DNA of 64,000 bases, taken from NCBI GenBank assembly GCA_965113315.1, contig OZ220364.1; one strand, written 5' to 3'. The DNA is from Podarcis vaucheri. Lineage: Eukaryota. Below are positions 11,721 to 24,194 of this stretch, one piece after another. Within the stretch, counting starts at the first letter, position 1; every line of letters starts with the position of its first letter. The position numbers and the translations under genes were made by a program. Under the pieces are notes generated by a model. It was not told the DNA's origin. It was given only the letters and a program-made list of their open reading frames with translations, and did not search any database.

Positions 11721-11737
11721 CTGACACCTAGTGGCCA
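11721..11737 (-). promoter_or_regulatory. Candidate CTCF motif
   Basis: The minus strand reads TGGCCACTAGGTGTCAG, one mismatch from the CCASYAGRKGGCRS core. Confidence 0.4.
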
Positions 11738-12394
11738 AGTAGTTTTCTTGGCCAATTGGATTATTGTTCTGTGTGTGTCCACGTTTGCTTGGAGAAGAGA
11801 GCTGACTTGAAAGGTGGTCTGCTACTTTTGATGCTCTGTATACATATGCATGTATGGATGCTCCGGTACAAGAGAGTCATTCCCATTTAATAGTGCAAAC
11901 TAGCTAGAAGTACATGATTATATTTTGTATTGCACAAGGGCCTCAGCCATTTTATACATTATACTGAGACAAGCCCAGTTGTGTTACTGAGTGTTAACAA
12001 GGAGTTGCAGCCAATCTATGACTCCTCTTGCAACAGATGCATGCATGACATCCACATATTACATTTTTAGGTGTGCACAAACACAAAATAACTTGTACAC
12101 CTATGAAATGCCCTTTGTGAAATGATTCTCGCCTTCAGACAGTTAGATAAATTCAGCAGCAGAAGATTCCGTTAAGCAGAGTGAAGGGCCAAGGTTAGGA
12201 CAATATAAGATGTTTAAAGAGCAATACAAGGAAGCTACAGCTTTCTGCAGTTCCTTAACTACGAGAGAAAATGCCAAAAGATTCAAGGCTGAAATGAGAC
12301 TCCATGGCAATTTAAAAAGATGGTTTTGAAAGTGGAAGCTCTTCCTTAATCTCCACCACCACCTTTGCTTCTAGAATTGGGAGGGAGGCAGAAA

Positions 12395-12467
12395 AGAATC
12401 ATAGAATCATAGAGTTGGAAGAGACCACAAGGGCCATCGAGTCCAACCCCCTGCCAAGCAGGAAACA
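12395..12467 (-). mobile_element. Severely 5'-truncated young CR1 LINE 3' end
   Basis: (ATTCTATG)n tail on -, plus the CR1 3' hairpin region. Near-identical to 42049-42113. Confidence 0.85.
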
Positions 12468-12603
12468 TGGGGCATGGCTTCATCCTTGGGCTGGGGGTTA
12501 GCCACCTCTGTTCTTAAGTAACCCCCTCAGCTTTGATGTGAGCAGTTGAAGCAACTGGTGCGGCAAGAGCTCTAAGGCATGGTGTTTCTCTTTCCTTCCG
12601 CAG

Positions 12604-14142
12604 GTCATTGAGAAGAACCTGAGTGGCTGGTGGTACATCCAGATAGAGGAGAAGGAAGGCTGGGCACCAGCTACTTTCATTGACAAGTACAAGAAAACTA
12701 GCAACGCATCTAGACCTAACTTCTTGGCACCGCTGCCGAATGAAATGGCGCAGCTCCGGCTTGGCGACAGTGTGGCAGAGAGCAGCTCTAATGGGGAAGC
12801 CTTTGGACCGTCCAGGCCTCTGCCTGAAGCACCACCCAATGACATAGACAGTGCAGGGAAATGGAAAGCAAAGGAGGTTTCCAAGGGTGCCCTGCCCGAG
12901 AGCAGCGACGCGTCTCTCTCCGTGGGGTACGAGGAGATTTGTGATCGGGACGCCGAAGAGAAGCCGAGCCTCCCTCCGAGGAAGGAATCCATAATTAAAT
13001 CCGAAGAGGAGTTGATAGAAAGGCAGCGGTTGGAACAGAGGCCACCTCCGAAGCCTCCTGGCATGATTTTGCCTGCGATTCCCCCCAAGCAGGCTGTCCC
13101 TCCAAGGGACAACCGGAAGCCAGAGCTCAAAACAGAGAAGGGGAAACTCTTCCAGCTGAAAAACGAAATGGGGCTAGAGTGTGGGCACAAGGTGTCTCCC
13201 AAAGAGGTGAAGAAGCCGAACCTTCGGCCCACTGTTAAGCCGGCCAAGCCAAAAGTTGAGCCCCCGGAGGAGAAGCCTGAGCTCGGGACCCCGAACCCTT
13301 TCCTGAAATCAAAGCCTCAGGTCAGACCCAAGCCAGCAGCAGCCCCTAGGACAGATCCCCCTCAGGGAGATGACAAACTAGACATTTGCAACCTGAGGAG
13401 CAAACTCAGGCCTGCCAAAGCCCAAGAGAAGCCTTCTGATCAGGACCCCACGGCTGGCGAGGGTGCCTTCAGTAACAGCGCACTTCCTGTGGAATCTTCC
13501 CTCCGGTCTCAGGAAAGGCCAGCTGTGGAGATGAGGCCTCCATCCAGACCAGACAGCCAAGTCTTCAAGGAGGCTGCTTCATCCAAAGTTCCTTTTGGTT
13601 CCGCAAAGCTGAGTGAGGCCGATTCCAAGGGTAGCTTTCCAGCTTCCAGGGAACCACCTCAGCGGCCCGTAGTGCCACCCAGGAGGCCGCCTCCTCCCAA
13701 GAAAGCCTCCACACCATCGCCTGCATCTTCGTTTGCCCCCTCTCCGGAAAATAAAGCTCCACAGAGGGAAGTGCCTGAACTGAGAGCTGCCTCTGTGCCT
13801 GGCAGGCCGATGCTGGTTCCACCAAAAGCCAAAGGTTTCCTGCCAGCTCCGTGCCAAGATGATGCCAAAGCGAAAAGCGGCCTAGGCCCAAAAGGAATCC
13901 CCAAGCCTGTGGAGAGGGAGAGAGGATCCGTCCCCATCACCAGTTCAGACATCTCCAGAGAAGCCCTCTATGTGGCTGTGGCAGATTTTGATGGCGATGA
14001 AGAAACCAGCAGCTTTAAAGAAGGGACCTTGTTTGAAGTCCGAGAGAAGAACAGCAGCGGCTGGTGGTTCTGCAAGGTCCTTGCTGGAGCGCCATGTTGG
14101 GAAGGCTGGATTCCTTCCAATTATCTCAGAAAAAAGCCATAA
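12604..14142 (+). CDS. SH3PXD2B: SH3PXD2B terminal coding exon: end of SH3-3, proline-rich region, SH3-4, stop
   Basis: ttccgcag acceptor. 1539 nt open frame [31 protein letters not shown]...[14 protein letters not shown], matching the Tks4 C-terminus. Confidence 0.98.
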   Translation, partial: VIEKNLSGWWYIQIEEKEGWAPATFIDKYKKTSNASRPNFLAPLPNEMAQLRLGDSVAESSSNGEAFGPSRPLPEAPPNDIDSAGKWKAKEVSKGALPESSDASLSVGYEEICDRDAEEKPSLPPRKESIIKSEEELIERQRLEQRPPPKPPGMILPAIPPKQAVPPRDNRKPELKTEKGKLFQLKNEMGLECGHKVSPKEVKKPNLRPTVKPAKPKVEPPEEKPELGTPNPFLKSKPQVRPKPAAAPRTDPPQGDDKLDICNLRSKLRPAKAQEKPSDQDPTAGEGAFSNSALPVESSLRSQERPAVEMRPPSRPDSQVFKEAASSKVPFGSAKLSEADSKGSFPASREPPQRPVVPPRRPPPPKKASTPSPASSFAPSPENKAPQREVPELRAASVPGRPMLVPPKAKGFLPAPCQDDAKAKSGLGPKGIPKPVERERGSVPITSSDISREALYVAVADFDGDEETSSFKEGTLFEVREKNSSGWWFCKVLAGAPCWEGWIPSNYLRKKP

Positions 14143-15963
14143 GCCCCTCCATTTGTCTTCAGATTAAGCAGTAGCTCAACATTCCCCATTTTAGTATCAA
14201 AATATTTAATTAGTTTATTTATAGTTTTTCATAAGGCTGGCTCTATTATTATTTTTTTAAGTATCTGGGATACCATACATTCCAACTTGTGTCATTTCCA
14301 AGAAAGAATAGCAAGAGAAACAGGCCATCATATTAGTGTAGCTTTGCTACTGTTGCTACTCTTGGCAGCTCATTCCCTAAATACTTTTTAATAGGTTACT
14401 TCACAGAGACACACACAATTAATCCCTTCCCCACCCTCCATGTGGTTTAGGTCCACCTGCCCCTCACAGGGCTGGCTGATAAAAAAAAGTGTTCTTTAAA
14501 ATTGTCTCTCAAGTTCTGGAACACACAGTAGCAAACAAAACGCCTGCACACACGTTAGAATGTAAAAACCTGGGAGATGATTTGTTTTCAGCTTGGTGAG
14601 GAAATGGAAGTGAGTCCCACTAACCAATGAATGGAAATGAGAAATTGAAAAGCCACTGTTTGTGCTGAGTTCCCTTGTTAAATACCATGTGCTACATTTT
14701 GCTGTTATTCAGATGCTAATATGCCTCTGAATAAGTAATTTGATGTTCTAGGATATGCCTAGGTGGAAAGGCCTGTCCAAGTAGCTGCTAAGAGATTCTT
14801 TCTAGCCTTGTATAAGTATCTTTTGCCCCATATTTGAGCAATCCTTCTGCCACTGTAGGTCCCACATTAATGCCTCTTTTGATGTCTGTTGTGCTGACCT
14901 CTTTGTATAGGCTCCCCTCCCAGTATTATAGTCTCCCTTTAGTAAATAAAGCAGATATTATATTAGGTTATCCATATTGTTCCGCTGTAAGGTTTCAAAT
15001 AACTCCCAAGACCTCCTGGCAGGAGGATTGCTAGCAGAACAAAGTGCTGCCTCTTCAGGGACAGATTGCGCAGCTGCATTCACGCCTGTACGCAAGCAGA
15101 TCTCTAGTGCTGTCCTATCATGATTCCTCAGGTCTGGTAGATGACAGCTGCCAGGATGGTAGCCCTCCAGTGGGTGCTAATAATTTATACTGCAAGGCTT
15201 CCCAACCTGGAAGTAGCATCTAGATTTCACAAGGGACGGAGGTTTTGCTGTACCCCTCCCCATTTTATCTATTCCTTACCCATTTCTATTCCTTACCCTT
15301 TTCAAAAAGCATGTTTCTCACCCATGTGTTGATTTGTAGGGTGGAGAGGGGGGAATGTGGATGTTATGCAGCGAGGCTAAAACAATAGTTCTTGGAGCAG
15401 TGTGAACTGCTCTGACTTATCTGTGTGGGAAGGCATGTGTCTGATCCTGGCCTCTTTAACTATGGACCATTCCAATTTTCTGTGATGCCATGGAAATGGC
15501 TTTCATGAGAGGAGGGCTGGGTTCAGAGCACAATGTGCTTAATATGATATATGTATATTTTGGAGCAGTGGTCATGAGGCATCAGAGAAAGAAATATCAA
15601 AGGTGTGTTTAGAAATATATATGTCTTCACATACTTTGCCCCCCTTTCATTTAATACATGCGTATGTGTATTCATCTCCAGGGTGTGAAAAGGCCAGATG
15701 AGCAATGCCTCCTGCTCTCAATCTTAGATGTTTTCAAACTTACATTGCTGCAATGGATCAGTGGTTTTATTTTCAGAAATATAAACCTGGATAGATTCAC
15801 TGCTAATCTAACAGTAAAAAAAAAATCATGTTTGCATTGACCAAGGGAGGGTCAATAATTTCCCATGTGTGTATTATTGGTGTGAGTCTGACTAGTTTGG
15901 TCTCCCATGGGCTGAACCCCACTTACCTGCTTTAATCAGGTAGTATGCAGATTTAACTTAAGC

Positions 15964-16101
15964 CAACCTTCCCCAATCTAGTGCCTTCCAGATGTTGAAC
16001 CACAGTCCCCGTCATATGAGCCCCAGCCAGTAGGGCTAATAGTTAGGGGTGGTGAGAACATGCAACTCAACACCTGGAGGGTACCAGTTCGAGGAAGGCT
16101 G
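15964..16101. mobile_element. hAT-like MITE in the SH3PXD2B 3' UTR
   Basis: Ends caaccttcccc / gaggaaggctg with internal ttccagatg...cacctggag. The flanks extend the inverted repeat (see findings). Confidence 0.7.
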
Positions 16102-16409
16102 GCTTAAGTTAAATCTGCATACTGTCATAAATCTTCCTATATAATGGGTATTTTTTAAAAAATGGAGGATTTAGGAGTCTATCTCCTAACTTTGCTTTCT
16201 GAAAACCAGCACTTGGAGTTCACATCATGTCATTTTCCCTAAAAACATGTTGCTTTGGTCCCAGCTTAGATACAGGTACTGTCCTTTTAGTGCTGTAGTG
16301 TTTCTTCTGTCCATCCCTTAGATCAGCGGTAGCCAACATGGTACCCTAAATGTTGTTGGGCTACAACTCCCATCACCAGCTTCAAGCAACTTCAAGCATC
16401 CTTTGAGGA

Positions 16410-16926
16410 TGCGGATTATCTAGATCCATTCTAGTCTGGATTCTGGCTTGGCTTGGAGACAGATCAGCCTTGGTTGCCCTGATAAATTACCATTGCCTAG
16501 AGAAGGATAGGGGGAGTGTGACCATCTTACTCTTTCTTGATCTCTGTGACTTTTGATACCATCCGCTATGGTGTTCTTGGACTGGCTCTGAGAGATGGGA
16601 CCTGGGGGCATGTTCTTCAGTGGTCCTTTCCTACCTTCAGAGCCTGTTTCAGAGAGTAGCACTGGAAGATTGCCTGTTGGCTTCCCGGCAGTTCTGTTAA
16701 GAGGTCCCAAAGCTTATCATCTTGTCCCCAGTTCTGTTTAATGCCTATATGAAGCCTTTGGGTGAGACCATTAGAATATTTGGAGCTAACTGCCATTGAT
16801 AAACTGATGTCACCTAACTCTTTCTCTTTGGCATTTGAGTCAGGTATGGTGTGCAAGCCCAGAGCCAGTGTCTGGACTCAGTGGTGGGTTGATAAACTGA
16901 AGCTGAATCCTGGTAAGACTCAGGGC

Positions 16927-16969
<43 letters not shown>

Positions 16970-17547
16970 ACCTACTGTCCAGGACAGAGGTCAGTTACCT
17001 GCTGTGGGTGGGGTTGCACTTCCTCTGAAGGGACAGGTATGTAGTCTGAGATTGCTGCTTGATCCATTGTTGTCACTGGAGGCTCCAGTACCTTGGAATG
17101 CTTGGCTAGTTTTGGCTGGTGTGCCAGCTATGGCTGTTTCCGGACAGGGATAGCTTAGCTTCAGTGGCCCATGCAGTGGTCCCCTTGCAATGGAATTGCT
17201 GCAGTGTGCTCTGTGTAGAGCTTGTGTTTGGTTGGGAAGCTGCAACGGATGCAGAATGTGGAGTCACAGCTTATGGCCAGGTTGCCTTCTGGAGAGAACT
17301 GCACTGGATGGCAAAATGCTTTACAGGACCAAATTTAAGATTTTACTGGTAAGAGTATAAAGCCCTAAACAACTTGGTACCAGGGTATCTGAGACATCAC
17401 CTTATCCTCTATGTACCTGTATGTTCACTGCAGTATTTTATTTTTTAAAACTGTTTTTTTACTTTTGTTGTTGTTTTGTTGATGTATACTGTTGTAGTAT
17501 TTTGTAACATTTAGCAGTTATCAATATTCCAAAATTAATTAATAAAT
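16410..17547 (+). mobile_element. Decayed L2-clade LINE (RT and 3' end) with an internal (TG)20 at 16929-16968
   Basis: Frameshifted remnants FDTI..G, FNAYMKPLGE, KLKLNPGKT and GVALPLKGQVCSL..LLDP; ends in a taaataaat tail. Confidence 0.75.
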
Positions 17548-18240
17548 CGGCTAAACCAATGATCAGGGTTGATGGGAGTTGTAGTCTGACAACATCTGGA
17601 AGATACCATGTTTGTTATCTCTATGTTAGATAGGTCTCACTCATCTTTGCATGGCCAGTAAGCAAGGTATCCTTTGTGCCATATGGGAGATGAAATTTGA
17701 TTATTCACTTTTTGTGCTTGCATCTCCCAGCTCTGAACCTATGATAACTGCTCTAGTGATGTCATCAGATAGGTAAAGAATTTGCAACCCTGTAATGTCA
17801 TCTCAACATGTACTGCCCAGGTGCTTTCCCCCTCTTCTCTGTTTGATTAAATGTGTGTGGTAGTAAACACTACAACATGATGCCAAAATAGATTGCTTTA
17901 TACCAAAATAAATTACTATGAAGAGAAGCAACTTGACTCATTCCCCCACCCACCCCAGTCTCAGTTCCAAGGGCCTTTCTTGTTCCCATTTTGCTAGATC
18001 TTGAGGTGCTTCCTCATGAGTCCCAGTACTCTTCTTCCACACACCTCTCTATCCTTGGCAAAACCTTCACAGAAGGGGCCCTGGACTGATAGTGCTGTGT
18101 CTCAAAGCAGCCCATGACACACACACCTCTGTGCCTCATTTTTTATTATTGCACAGGATGCAGACAATAATACTGACCTAACTTGCTGGGCATGAGAAGC
18201 ATTGGTGAGCTAACCCTTCCCTCAGTACTTTGTCCTAGGC

Positions 18241-18378
18241 CAGCCTCCCACAACCAGTGCTCTCCAGACGTGGTTGGACTCCAATTCCCATTAGACCCAG
18301 CAAACAAGGTCAGTGGTCAGGGAAGTTGAGAGTTGTAGTCCAACAACATCTGGAATGGCACAGGTTGCGGAAAGCTGT
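18241..18378. mobile_element. hAT-like MITE, same family as 6828 and 15964
   Basis: cagcctcccacaacc...ctccagacg...gagttgtagtccaacaacatctgga...ggttgcggaaagctg. Confidence 0.65.
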
Positions 18379-18808
18379 CCTATGCTGAATTGGGGGGGGG
18401 GAATCATTCTAATTATTGCCTGTGGCACATAGGTGAAACTTGCCCACAGTCACATACTGTGTTTTCCTTCCACCAAGCTCACTAAATCACATCCCAGGGT
18501 AACTAATTTTACTATGGGGATAAAGGATATTCAGCCTTTTGCTTACCAAAGCCAGCTTTGCGGCCCTCTGACTGGGATGTTGGAGGCAGAGGGAGGCTGC
18601 CTAAATGGCCTTGCCTTCCTGTGCAAACATTAGAAGCCTGTTTTAATGTCTCGTATTATGTAAACTTGTATTAATCTGTACTTTACCGTGGGTGGGATTT
18701 GGGGTGGGCGGAAGGGTTTCTGAGGATGATAGATGTAGCCTGTGTAAAATATCATGTATACTTCCAACATTAAAGGGTGGTGGCTGTTGGGTTTTTTTTA
18801 GGAAAAGA

Positions 18809-18814
18809 AATAAA
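18809..18814 (+). terminator. Candidate distal polyadenylation signal of SH3PXD2B
   Basis: AATAAA preceded by six TGTA motifs in about 18658-18758 and followed by a T-rich downstream tract. Confidence 0.6.
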
Positions 18815-21800
18815 AAAATGAGCTTGACTGGTTTCAAGCACAATTGTTACAACACTTTTGCTTTTTTCCTTCTGTCTATCCGACATGTCAAATGCTGTTT
18901 TAACAGAACAAAAGCCTCACTTAGGGGGCTGCAAGGGGGCCACTCACAGTCCTAGAAAGTGGCCTCTATCTGTCTCTCAAAAGAAGCAAGAGTATTGCTT
19001 GCTCTTGGTGTAATCTTGCCAGAGCTAAGTTTTTACCAAGGTTGTACTGTTTCCTTCTCTGCCATACCTGCTAGAGAAATGGGAATAATGCATTATTTCA
19101 AGCGTGAATTTATTAAACACACACGGGGGGGGGGGGGCTTGCTTCTGCCAAGGCTAGACCTGTTGCAGTAACCTTTTAACCTTTTGGAGTAGTTTGAATG
19201 CTCAAGCAGCAATGGGGATACAAGTGGTTTGTTAAACGTTCTATAAAGCTTGCTCGAAAATAAAAAGTCCTTCACCAAAAGTTTTCACAATGAAAGGTAG
19301 TAAGCTGTGGTGTCCCATAAGGTCCTCTTTGTTCATAAATTACCTGCAGCGAGGAATTGTGAAGCGGTCACATGCGTGGATGGCGTCAAAGGATCCCAAC
19401 TGGACTGCAAAGAGCTCCAAAAGTGTTTGTCCAAACTGGGTGAGTAGTATGCAACAACATTCCTAACTTCGTAGTACACGTGGATGGGATTATCCATGGG
19501 TGGTGACAATGCTGGGAAGTTCAGTGAAAATGTGGGGTCAATGTACAGCATCAGGGGTAGCAAACCACACCTTTGCCTGCCATGCGTAGAGTGGCTGGGC
19601 AGCTGCTGGCCTGTCTGCAGTTGCTGCTCAGCTGCAATGGTCCCTTGCTCCTGCTGCTGTCCCCAGCTTATCCTGGGCTGCTCCCCCACACCCAGGCATG
19701 GAGTGCAGCTGCTGCAGGGAAGCAGCAGGAGGCGCTCCAGCAGTTCATTGGAGCATCAGTGGCCTGCCATACGCCACTATGGGCGCACCACTCCTTATTC
19801 TGAGGCAAGGGTCCTTCCTTAGCATGAGGCATTGTCAAATCAGTGTTGGTGGAGGCCATTTCTGTAGCTATCTCAGCTTCAAGGTCTCACTCCGGGCCCC
19901 TTCCTCAGAACACAGCAGTGAGGGGCAAGGATGGTTCTACAGCTAGGTGGGGATGGCAAGTCAATCTATTGTGCCAGTGCTGTGATCATATGAAGGTTTG
20001 CCAAAATACCCCACCCCTTTCGGGGGGGGGATTGCTATAGGGTAGAATTCAATGTCGTGCTATGGCAAACGTTCCTTCTGAGCCAGTGTGTGCCAGCGGA
20101 AGCCCTCATGCAAGACTTGTGTTGACAGTACTTATTAGGCAAATCCCATCCATTGTGTGTGGGAGGGGGGTAGAACTCAGAATCATCCAATGAAGACGGG
20201 GCATCTAACTGGGCATGGAGTGTTGATGTGCTGCTTTGGGGTAGGGGCAGGGAGAAAAAGAGAATGGAGCATCTTAACTCTACATTTTGCTGCATACCTG
20301 TGTATGTATGTAGATAGATTTTCCAGTTTATTTGCAGTATAGAACAGAAAAAGAATGTTGTGCCACTTAATATCATTTTGCAGGAAGGCAAGCAGTAGGG
20401 AGGGTTGTCATAAGGCCTATAGCTGGAGTTTAGATGTTCCTGCAACAGTGGCATCCAGTATCTTTGCTCCAGGCAACCTCAAGAACAGGGAGATGAATTC
20501 AGGGGTAAGTACTAAGCCTATTCACCCAGCTCCTCAGAGTCATCCTCCTAGGCTATATTGCTTGTTACATTTGCCATCCCATGGAGTAGTCCACCTGCTG
20601 TTGCTGAGCTATTAAATTTGCTTGGGGAAAAACCTAAGTCTCTCATATACTACTTTAGAAATTTGTGCACAGATCAAAAGCTTGTGCAGCTTCCAAGAGA
20701 AGTTAAGTCATTCAGTGGGGATCACTTTGTTTTGCACATCACTCCAGGACCTAATGTTCTGGACTTACCAACAGTAAGAAAGGAGCAACTGTTTTGAGTT
20801 CCAGGAGGGAAAGATAAGGAGCCCCCTTTGTGCTTATGATATGACCTGCTTCTAGCCTTCTTTAGTGCAGTTCTGAGCTTCAAATGACCACTATGTGGTG
20901 CTATTAATGCAATTACCCAAATCTTGTTTTCCCCATTGCATTAAGCCTTGTAACTGTCGAGTAGCACCTGTTAGCTAGAGGCAGCGGTGGAAGTGAATTT
21001 CTGGTCTTCAGCTGCTGCCTTTGATCTCTTCAGTTAGTCCCTGATAAATTACTCAGAAGCAACGTAGTAGAAATGGAAATGCAGAAAGCTGAGTAGTTTT
21101 GCATGTGCCTTAAGGCTTGGTTATAATTACGTATGGGGTGCCTGACTCTCAACAATCCTGCCCTTGTGCTGTTAGCAGCCAAAGGAATGGCAGTGCTACT
21201 TGGCATTTGGCAGCCCAGACCCATGTTATATTGTAGGAGATAAAGGCTTCTTATTGTAGTATATGAGGTGAAAGTCACGGTGAAGACCAGAGGGCTAGTA
21301 TTATCAACTGACTGCAGGATGGCTTCCCATACCAACCCCCACCTTCAGTTGTCTTAGCACTTCAGTTGCAAATTTTACTTGGTTGAATGTCTCTCACTTT
21401 TGCCTTGTTCCTAAATTGTGCTTGGGCTTGACAGACAGCAAAGCACATGGCAAGGAAGTATCTTGGGCTTGAATTGACTGATGGGGAGCCATTGTGTTCT
21501 GTTCACTGTAGTCCAAGCTGCACTGTGGGTGGCAGCCAACCTTACGGTTTTAATAACCCCAAAACCCATCAAGTCTCAACACTGGCTTCCTTCCCAATGG
21601 AGAGGCACATGGAGCAGATTACACCACACCCAGAATTCCCTGGAGCCCTGATAAAGAGAAGGTTCTTGGCAGCAACTTGGGACTTTGACCTGTTATAATG
21701 ATTAAATTGAAATTCAAATGCATCCACCATTTCCAGACATCATTAACTGCCATGCTTGTGTCCAAATAACCAAGCAGGTTGCATTAGAAGTGGTTTTAGA

Positions 21801-23714
21801 TGATTTACTTCCATTGTTTGTTTGTTTCTCCCTCTCTGAGAAACTAAGACCTGGAAGGACCACCTAAATGAGCAGCAGCACAGTGGGATGGAAATGATGG
21901 AAGTATTGTGCTTTTCAAGCCGTGTTCTCAATTGCATTAGTTGTGGCAGAGAGACACACTTTTTCTGGTTGCTTGCCCATCATTGGTCTTTTATTGCTCC
22001 CAAGAGTTGTTGAAATATGTACAGGAAGTCCAAGTCGCATGTCTCACTTGCTTCCACACATAACTGCTCTTAAAGTGGAAGCCTTCCATGATTAGCTTAA
22101 TGTCTGAAAAGTGTGTAAACGCAGTAATAGACAGCATGGCGAATTTGTGAAAATTCATTTTGGCAGAGGTGACCATGTGAGTAGCAATTCTATGCTTCAG
22201 TTAATGGGATATAAGGCAGCACAAGTGTACACATAACTCGTGTTACATACTTATGAGCAATCTCCTCTGATATTACCATCTAAGATGGTATCCTGCTTTC
22301 AGGGCCTGATTAAAACATTGTTTACGTGTCCTGATAGGGTTGCTTAAATGTTGACATGTTTTTTGTCTGCTGGCTATTCAGTTGTTTTTAACTGCTTTTT
22401 ATTGATAACTTTTGTGTTTCTTGGAAACTGCCTAGAGGTTTTATTACAACCAAGTGGTATATAATTTTATTAAATAAATAAATATTACTTATTAACTGAA
22501 GGACAGAAAAGTAATATCAATTAAAAACCTTTTGCACCTTCAGGTAATTGGTTAGCCTAAGGTGTTACAGTTAAGTCTTGGTATCTTCACTCTTTGCAAG
22601 AAATATGCTAATGCAAAGAGACAGTGCCCAGTTATTGAAGTGACTGAATGTCAAGTGAAAAAGGTTTGGGAGTTGTCTCTGCTGTATGGTTTTTGTAACC
22701 TTCCAGGGCCTCTTGCCTTTCTTCCATGTCACAAGCATTAGAATCTGTCAAATTATCTACAGTGAAATGGAAAATGATGTGACAACCTAGCTTAACATAA
22801 GCCTACAGCTACAGGTAGGCAAGGACCATGACTCCTTTTAGAGTTGAAAGATGCTGAATTGATAGCTTCTCTTTTTTAAAAAAAGAGAAAAAGGCAAGCT
22901 GTCTTGGAAACCCCTGAACTATCCATTTAGCTGTCTTGTATTCTGATATCGTTAGTGTCTGTGGCCCCACTGTCTGTGTCATATGTAGAGGAGTTAGGAC
23001 TCTTGCGCAGGAGCAGAGTGTAGTGATACAAGTGGTAAAGTCACTCTTATTAGTGTACTTTGCAGTGGTGGAACCAGAATAGCCTTTTCAGCTCTTATAG
23101 TGGACATGGTAAATAAACATTGAGTTTGTGGAGGATATGTTGGATTAAGTTGATCCCCTTTTGGGGCTAACTTCTGCTAATTTTCCATACTGGCTTTGCA
23201 CATAACACCTTTGTGTGTGAGAGTAGAGTGAAAAAGAGGTTTACTCTGCATTGGCAACACTAAGCAGTATGGGTTGCTTCACAAATTTCAGATATTGAAC
23301 ACTAGCCAACATTTTGCGTATCACCCTTCTCAGGTACAGCCTGTGTACATTTCCCAGTAGTCAGTTTATTAGCAGACTACTGTGTGTCATTCATATCCCA
23401 TTTCGTTCAAAAACAGATGGTTGTGTATGCAGATCCACAACAATCCCTCATTCTGAAAAAAAAGCTTTTATTTGCAAGGCTTAGCCTAGTAACATAGGCT
23501 TGTAAAGACATAAGGAAACCTGTCACTCTTATTACTTACGGTTAGTTTCTATAGTTGGTATGTAATTCATGGTCAAAATTACCTTAGTGTGCAGAGAGAG
23601 GCCCTTTCACAGAATGTAATTCAAACTGTGAACACCACTTGACAAGTTGATCATTGACTTCTTTGCAAAATTTACAGTGATCTGATATGAATGAGCCCAT
23701 TGAATCTCTATGGA

Positions 23715-23886
23715 TTTGTGCGAGCTGTGGTTAAACTAGGAAGTCTCCTAAACATCAAGAATCTCAAATCAGCTTCAACCCAGATGCTGGGTTGGTCTAA
23801 AGCAGGTAACCATATTGTTTCAGTTTGGACAAAAATGGTAAACTGTTTCATTTGTGGCTTCCTGGTTTAACCACAGCTCACATAAA
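23715..23886. repeat. Fold-back (MITE-like) element with 29-bp inverted arms
   Basis: tttgtgcgagctgtggttaaactaggaag (23715-23743) vs cttcctggtttaaccacagctcacataaa (23858-23886), 26/29 complementary. Confidence 0.75.
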
Positions 23887-24194
23887 CAGGCAAAAGTCAT
23901 GAGGCATGGTCATCCATTGATCTTTTGATTTGTTCTCATTTTCACCCCAAATTTTAACAAGTCACCTTAACAACAGGACCAGTGGTAGTCCTGCATACAG
24001 ATTGGATTTTTACCACAGGCAACAAAGGGTACTACAGGTGCAGGCAAACTTAAGCAGCAAATCCCTGTTTATTGAAGGTGAAAGGTCTGGGCAAGAGCCA
24101 TCAAAGAAGTTTCGGGTTGCAAGGAGCTGCTTCTAAAGCCTATAACAGACATGCTCTCTGCTTTTACCATTTTTTCCACTTCAGGCCGGTGGGA

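Larger units (their letters stand above)
14143..18835 (+). other. SH3PXD2B: Probable long SH3PXD2B 3' UTR
   Basis: Follows the stop codon and ends in a block with clustered TGTA elements, ATTAAA (18769-18774) and AATAAA (18809-18814). The 3' end is inferred; earlier AATAAA hexamers (e.g. about 14945 and 17541) could give shorter isoforms. Confidence 0.6.

Noticed and set aside
12498-13952. Long antisense ORFs (249 aa at 12498-13247 and others) opposite the SH3PXD2B terminal exon
   Set aside because: Shadow frames of a GC-rich, proline-rich coding exon; no independent splice, start or domain evidence.
19333-20454. Cluster of overlapping 60-140 aa ORFs between the two genes
   Set aside because: Low-complexity CTG/CAG-rich sequence, probably decayed repeats; no recognisable domain or exon structure.
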